A stretch of 64,000 nucleotides of DNA. It comes from a virus. The DNA is taken from positions 128,098-192,097 of the IMG/VR virus record IMGVR_UViG_3300045974_000166; one strand, written 5' to 3'. Both the position numbers and the translations under genes were made by a program. Below the pieces are notes generated by a model. That model was not told the origin of the DNA and made no database searches. It was given only the letters and a program-made list of their open reading frames with translations. Shown here piece by piece: positions 61,319-64,000 of the stretch; the stretch's first letter is position 1; each line of letters starts with the position of its first letter.

Positions 61319-63805
61319 ATGACCATAATTTATACAGCAGTAGAACAAAGATTCAATAAGATTTACTTTCGTGGGTACAAGGATGGCAAGCGTGTTCAGA
61401 CTTCTGATGCACAACATAAACCAACTTTGTATGTGCCAGGACAATCGGTAGATTACAAAACTTTATTTGGTGAAAGTCTAACTGAGATTCAGTTTGGCGA
61501 CATCCGTGAAGCACGAGATTACATCAAAGCATATGCCGATGCCATGAAAATCCACGGCAATGATCGGTATGAATATGATTTCATTCATCGTAACTTCAGA
61601 GGCGAACTCAACGTAGAATTGGCATCGCTGTCTATTCTATATCTTGATATAGAAACGACAACGGGTCAAGGGCCCATTGACACCAAGAATGCTCCAGAGA
61701 CTGTTCTATTGATCACGTGTTATTCCAATAAGCAGGCAAAAATGGTGACGTTTGGCGTCGAACCAAGCAATGCTAAGGGTACTGATTACATTATCTGCCG
61801 TGATGAAAAGGATCTTCTGCTCAAGTGGATCAACTACTGCATCGATGTTGACTTTGATATCATGACTGGATGGAATGTTGTTCAGTTCGACATGGCATAT
61901 CTTGGTTCACGTATTATTAAGTTGCTAGGTCAAAAAGCTCTTGAACGTCTGTCACCATTTGGTCATGTAGATGCTAAGACAGAAACTCTGATGGACCGTG
62001 AGTTCCTTAAGTATGAAATCTCTGGTAGGACTGTGCTTGACATGTTAGATCTGTACAAGAAGTTCCGATTCATTAACCGTCCATCTTATAAACTTGGATA
62101 TATCGGCGAGGTTGAGATTGGTGAAACTAAGACCAAGAACAAATATGCTTCGTTCCGTGAGCACTACGAAAAAGGTTGGAATGACACAGCAGATGGTCCA
62201 GATGGATTTGTTTCGTACAACATCCAGGACGTGAACTTGCTTGTGAAACTTGAGGATAAACTTGGCCTGATCTATCTAGCAGTGACTCTGGCATATCTGA
62301 CTAAGGTCAACTACTCAGATGTGTATTCACCCGTGAAGACTTGGGAGTCTTATATTCTCTCTACTCTGTATGAGGAAAATACTTTCTGTGCAATGAAGAA
62401 AAGTCATTCACCCGATCATCAGATTGTTGGTGGATATGTGAAAGATGTTATTCCTGGGTTGTATAAGTGGACTGGTGTACTAGATGCAACTTCGTTGTAT
62501 CCAAGTTTTATCATGTCACTAAACATGTCGCCCGAAACATTTGTAGATATGATTGATGGAGTTACAATTGATATACTTCTTTATACAAACATTAGTAATG
62601 AATCCGATTATGCTCTTGCTGCTAATGGTTCTCGTTATCGCAGAGATATTAGGGGAGTGATGCCACGGCTGACCGAGTCTATGTTCGGAAAGCGGAAGGC
62701 AGCCAAGGATGAAATGCTTCGGCTGAAACGTGAATATGAACGAACTCATGATGAAAGTTTTAAGAAGGCTTCGGCACGCTTTGGTGTTCTACAATTGGCC
62801 GTTAAGGTTCAATTGAACTCCCTATTTGGAGCCATGGCTAATAAATACTTTCTCTTCTTTGACAATCGGATTGCCGAAGGTATTACTACTACGGGTCAGT
62901 ATGCAATTCAAGCAGTGTCTCGAAGAGCAAATCAGTTCATGTCCAAAGTATGTAAGAAGGAAATGGACTATGTAGTCTATAATGACACCGATTCACTCTG
63001 TGTCTGCTTTGACAATCTCGTGAAACTTGCCCCCAAGAAAATGACAGATGATGCAACGGCTACATTTGTATTGAAATTTATTGATTCTTTCCTTGGTAAA
63101 GAACTGAATAAGTCTACAAAGGAAATTTCAGATCGGCTAAACTTCTATGAAAACAAACTTTACTTCAAACCAGAGGCTATTTCTTCAACTACTGTGGTTC
63201 TCGCCAAAAAGAGAAACTGTCAGAAGGTACTTGATAATGAAGGTGTTAGATATGCAGAACCAGAATACAAGATCACCGGAATCGAAACCAACAGATCTTC
63301 AACTCCTGACTTAGTTCGTGAGTGGCTCACCAAGGCGATTCAGATCATCTTGGATACTACTGACCGTGATACTCTTCTTAAGTATGTAGACGAATGCCAT
63401 AAGAACTTCCATTCATACTCGGTAGAGGAAATTGCCTTCCCTCGTGGCGTAAATAATATGAGAGAATACTCGGACTCAAATGCAATCTATGCCAAGGGTT
63501 GTCCGATTGCTGTGAGAGCGGCTTTGTTATACAACGATCGGATCACTAAGCTTGGTCTGACTAAAAAGTATGAATTGGTTAAAGAGGGTGACAAGATTAA
63601 GTATGTCGCTCTGACGGAACCTAATACTCTACGTGAAAACATTATTGGCTTTCCATCCGAGTTACCAGAAGAGTTCAATCTCCACCGGTACATCGACTAC
63701 GAAACTCAATTCTCTAAGGCATTCCTTGACCCACTAGTCAAGATCATGGATGCTCTGAACTGGAAACTAGAAGAGGAAAACTCCCTCGACGACTTTTTTG
63801 CTTAA
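61319..63805 (+). CDS. gp43: family B DNA polymerase gp43
   Basis: DIET, GWNVVQFD, YNIQDV, DATSLYPS, KVQLNSLFG, YNDTDS. Confidence 0.97.
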   Translation: MTIIYTAVEQRFNKIYFRGYKDGKRVQTSDAQHKPTLYVPGQSVDYKTLFGESLTEIQFGDIREARDYIKAYADAMKIHGNDRYEYDFIHRNFRGELNVELASLSILYLDIETTTGQGPIDTKNAPETVLLITCYSNKQAKMVTFGVEPSNAKGTDYIICRDEKDLLLKWINYCIDVDFDIMTGWNVVQFDMAYLGSRIIKLLGQKALERLSPFGHVDAKTETLMDREFLKYEISGRTVLDMLDLYKKFRFINRPSYKLGYIGEVEIGETKTKNKYASFREHYEKGWNDTADGPDGFVSYNIQDVNLLVKLEDKLGLIYLAVTLAYLTKVNYSDVYSPVKTWESYILSTLYEENTFCAMKKSHSPDHQIVGGYVKDVIPGLYKWTGVLDATSLYPSFIMSLNMSPETFVDMIDGVTIDILLYTNISNESDYALAANGSRYRRDIRGVMPRLTESMFGKRKAAKDEMLRLKREYERTHDESFKKASARFGVLQLAVKVQLNSLFGAMANKYFLFFDNRIAEGITTTGQYAIQAVSRRANQFMSKVCKKEMDYVVYNDTDSLCVCFDNLVKLAPKKMTDDATATFVLKFIDSFLGKELNKSTKEISDRLNFYENKLYFKPEAISSTTVVLAKKRNCQKVLDNEGVRYAEPEYKITGIETNRSSTPDLVREWLTKAIQIILDTTDRDTLLKYVDECHKNFHSYSVEEIAFPRGVNNMREYSDSNAIYAKGCPIAVRAALLYNDRITKLGLTKKYELVKEGDKIKYVALTEPNTLRENIIGFPSELPEEFNLHRYIDYETQFSKAFLDPLVKIMDALNWKLEEENSLDDFFA

Positions 63806-63814
63806 GGAAACAAT

Positions 63815-64000
63815 ATGGATTATGATATAGAAAATCTGCACAAAGCAGCAATGGTATTTCTTAAAACTGAGGCAAATAAGGAAAATTCTCGGCAATATAT
63901 TGACAGTATATCCTTCTCGACATACGTTAAAGAATTTAGAACTATTACTCTAGGTGTGCCGCGGCAATCTGGTAAGACAAAGTACATGCTAGCCTTAAAG
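63815..64000 (+). CDS. 3'-truncated hypothetical protein
   Basis: AAGGA RBS, runs off the window. Confidence 0.6.
   Translation, partial: MDYDIENLHKAAMVFLKTEANKENSRQYIDSISFSTYVKEFRTITLGVPRQSGKTKYMLALK

Noticed and set aside
61319-63805. Intron or intein in gp43, or stop-codon reassignment in the genome
   Set aside because: The polymerase is continuous and of normal size; core genes are intact in code 11 and end in all three stop codons; no suppressor tRNA found.

Overview
A 64-kb segment of a large T4-like (myovirus-type) dsDNA phage genome, about 40% GC, host not determinable. Layout: (i) 1-22.4 kb, an early accessory region of about 70 mostly small + strand ORFs behind a repeated sigma70-like early promoter (TTTACA-16/17 nt-TATAAT), including PnuC, NadR, a kinase, two metallophosphoesterases and a DRB0094-type RNA ligase. 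(ii) 22.4-30.6 kb, an almost protein-free RNA array: 32 tRNAs covering all 20 amino acids, several atypical, interleaved with many structured non-tRNA elements, rrn-like boxA leaders and two leader-peptide switches. (iii) 30.8-45 kb, accessory and core genes (GT4 glycosyltransferase, nucleotidyltransferase, dCMP deaminase, GNAT, AAA ATPase, a Ro60/TROVE-like DUF2828-vWA protein preceded by three Y-RNA-like elements, gp32, PhoH, exonuclease, ClpP). (iv) 45.1-51.3 kb, minus-strand late cassette (GH5 hydrolase, paralogue, trypsin-like protease) and a DinG helicase. (v) 51.8-64 kb, nucleotide and sugar genes (TAGT-like glycosyltransferase, UDP-xylose synthase, UDP-glucose dehydrogenase), then gp45-gp44-gp62-regA-hsp20-dsbA-gp43. 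Best candidates for an undescribed system: a 7-copy Y-RNA-like family with variable tRNA-mimic cargo linked to the DUF2828 gene, a second array of RNAs closed by a shared long stem, and a possible DNA xylosylation pathway. All protein calls are from motifs recognised by eye and all RNA folds were paired by hand; no searches were run.
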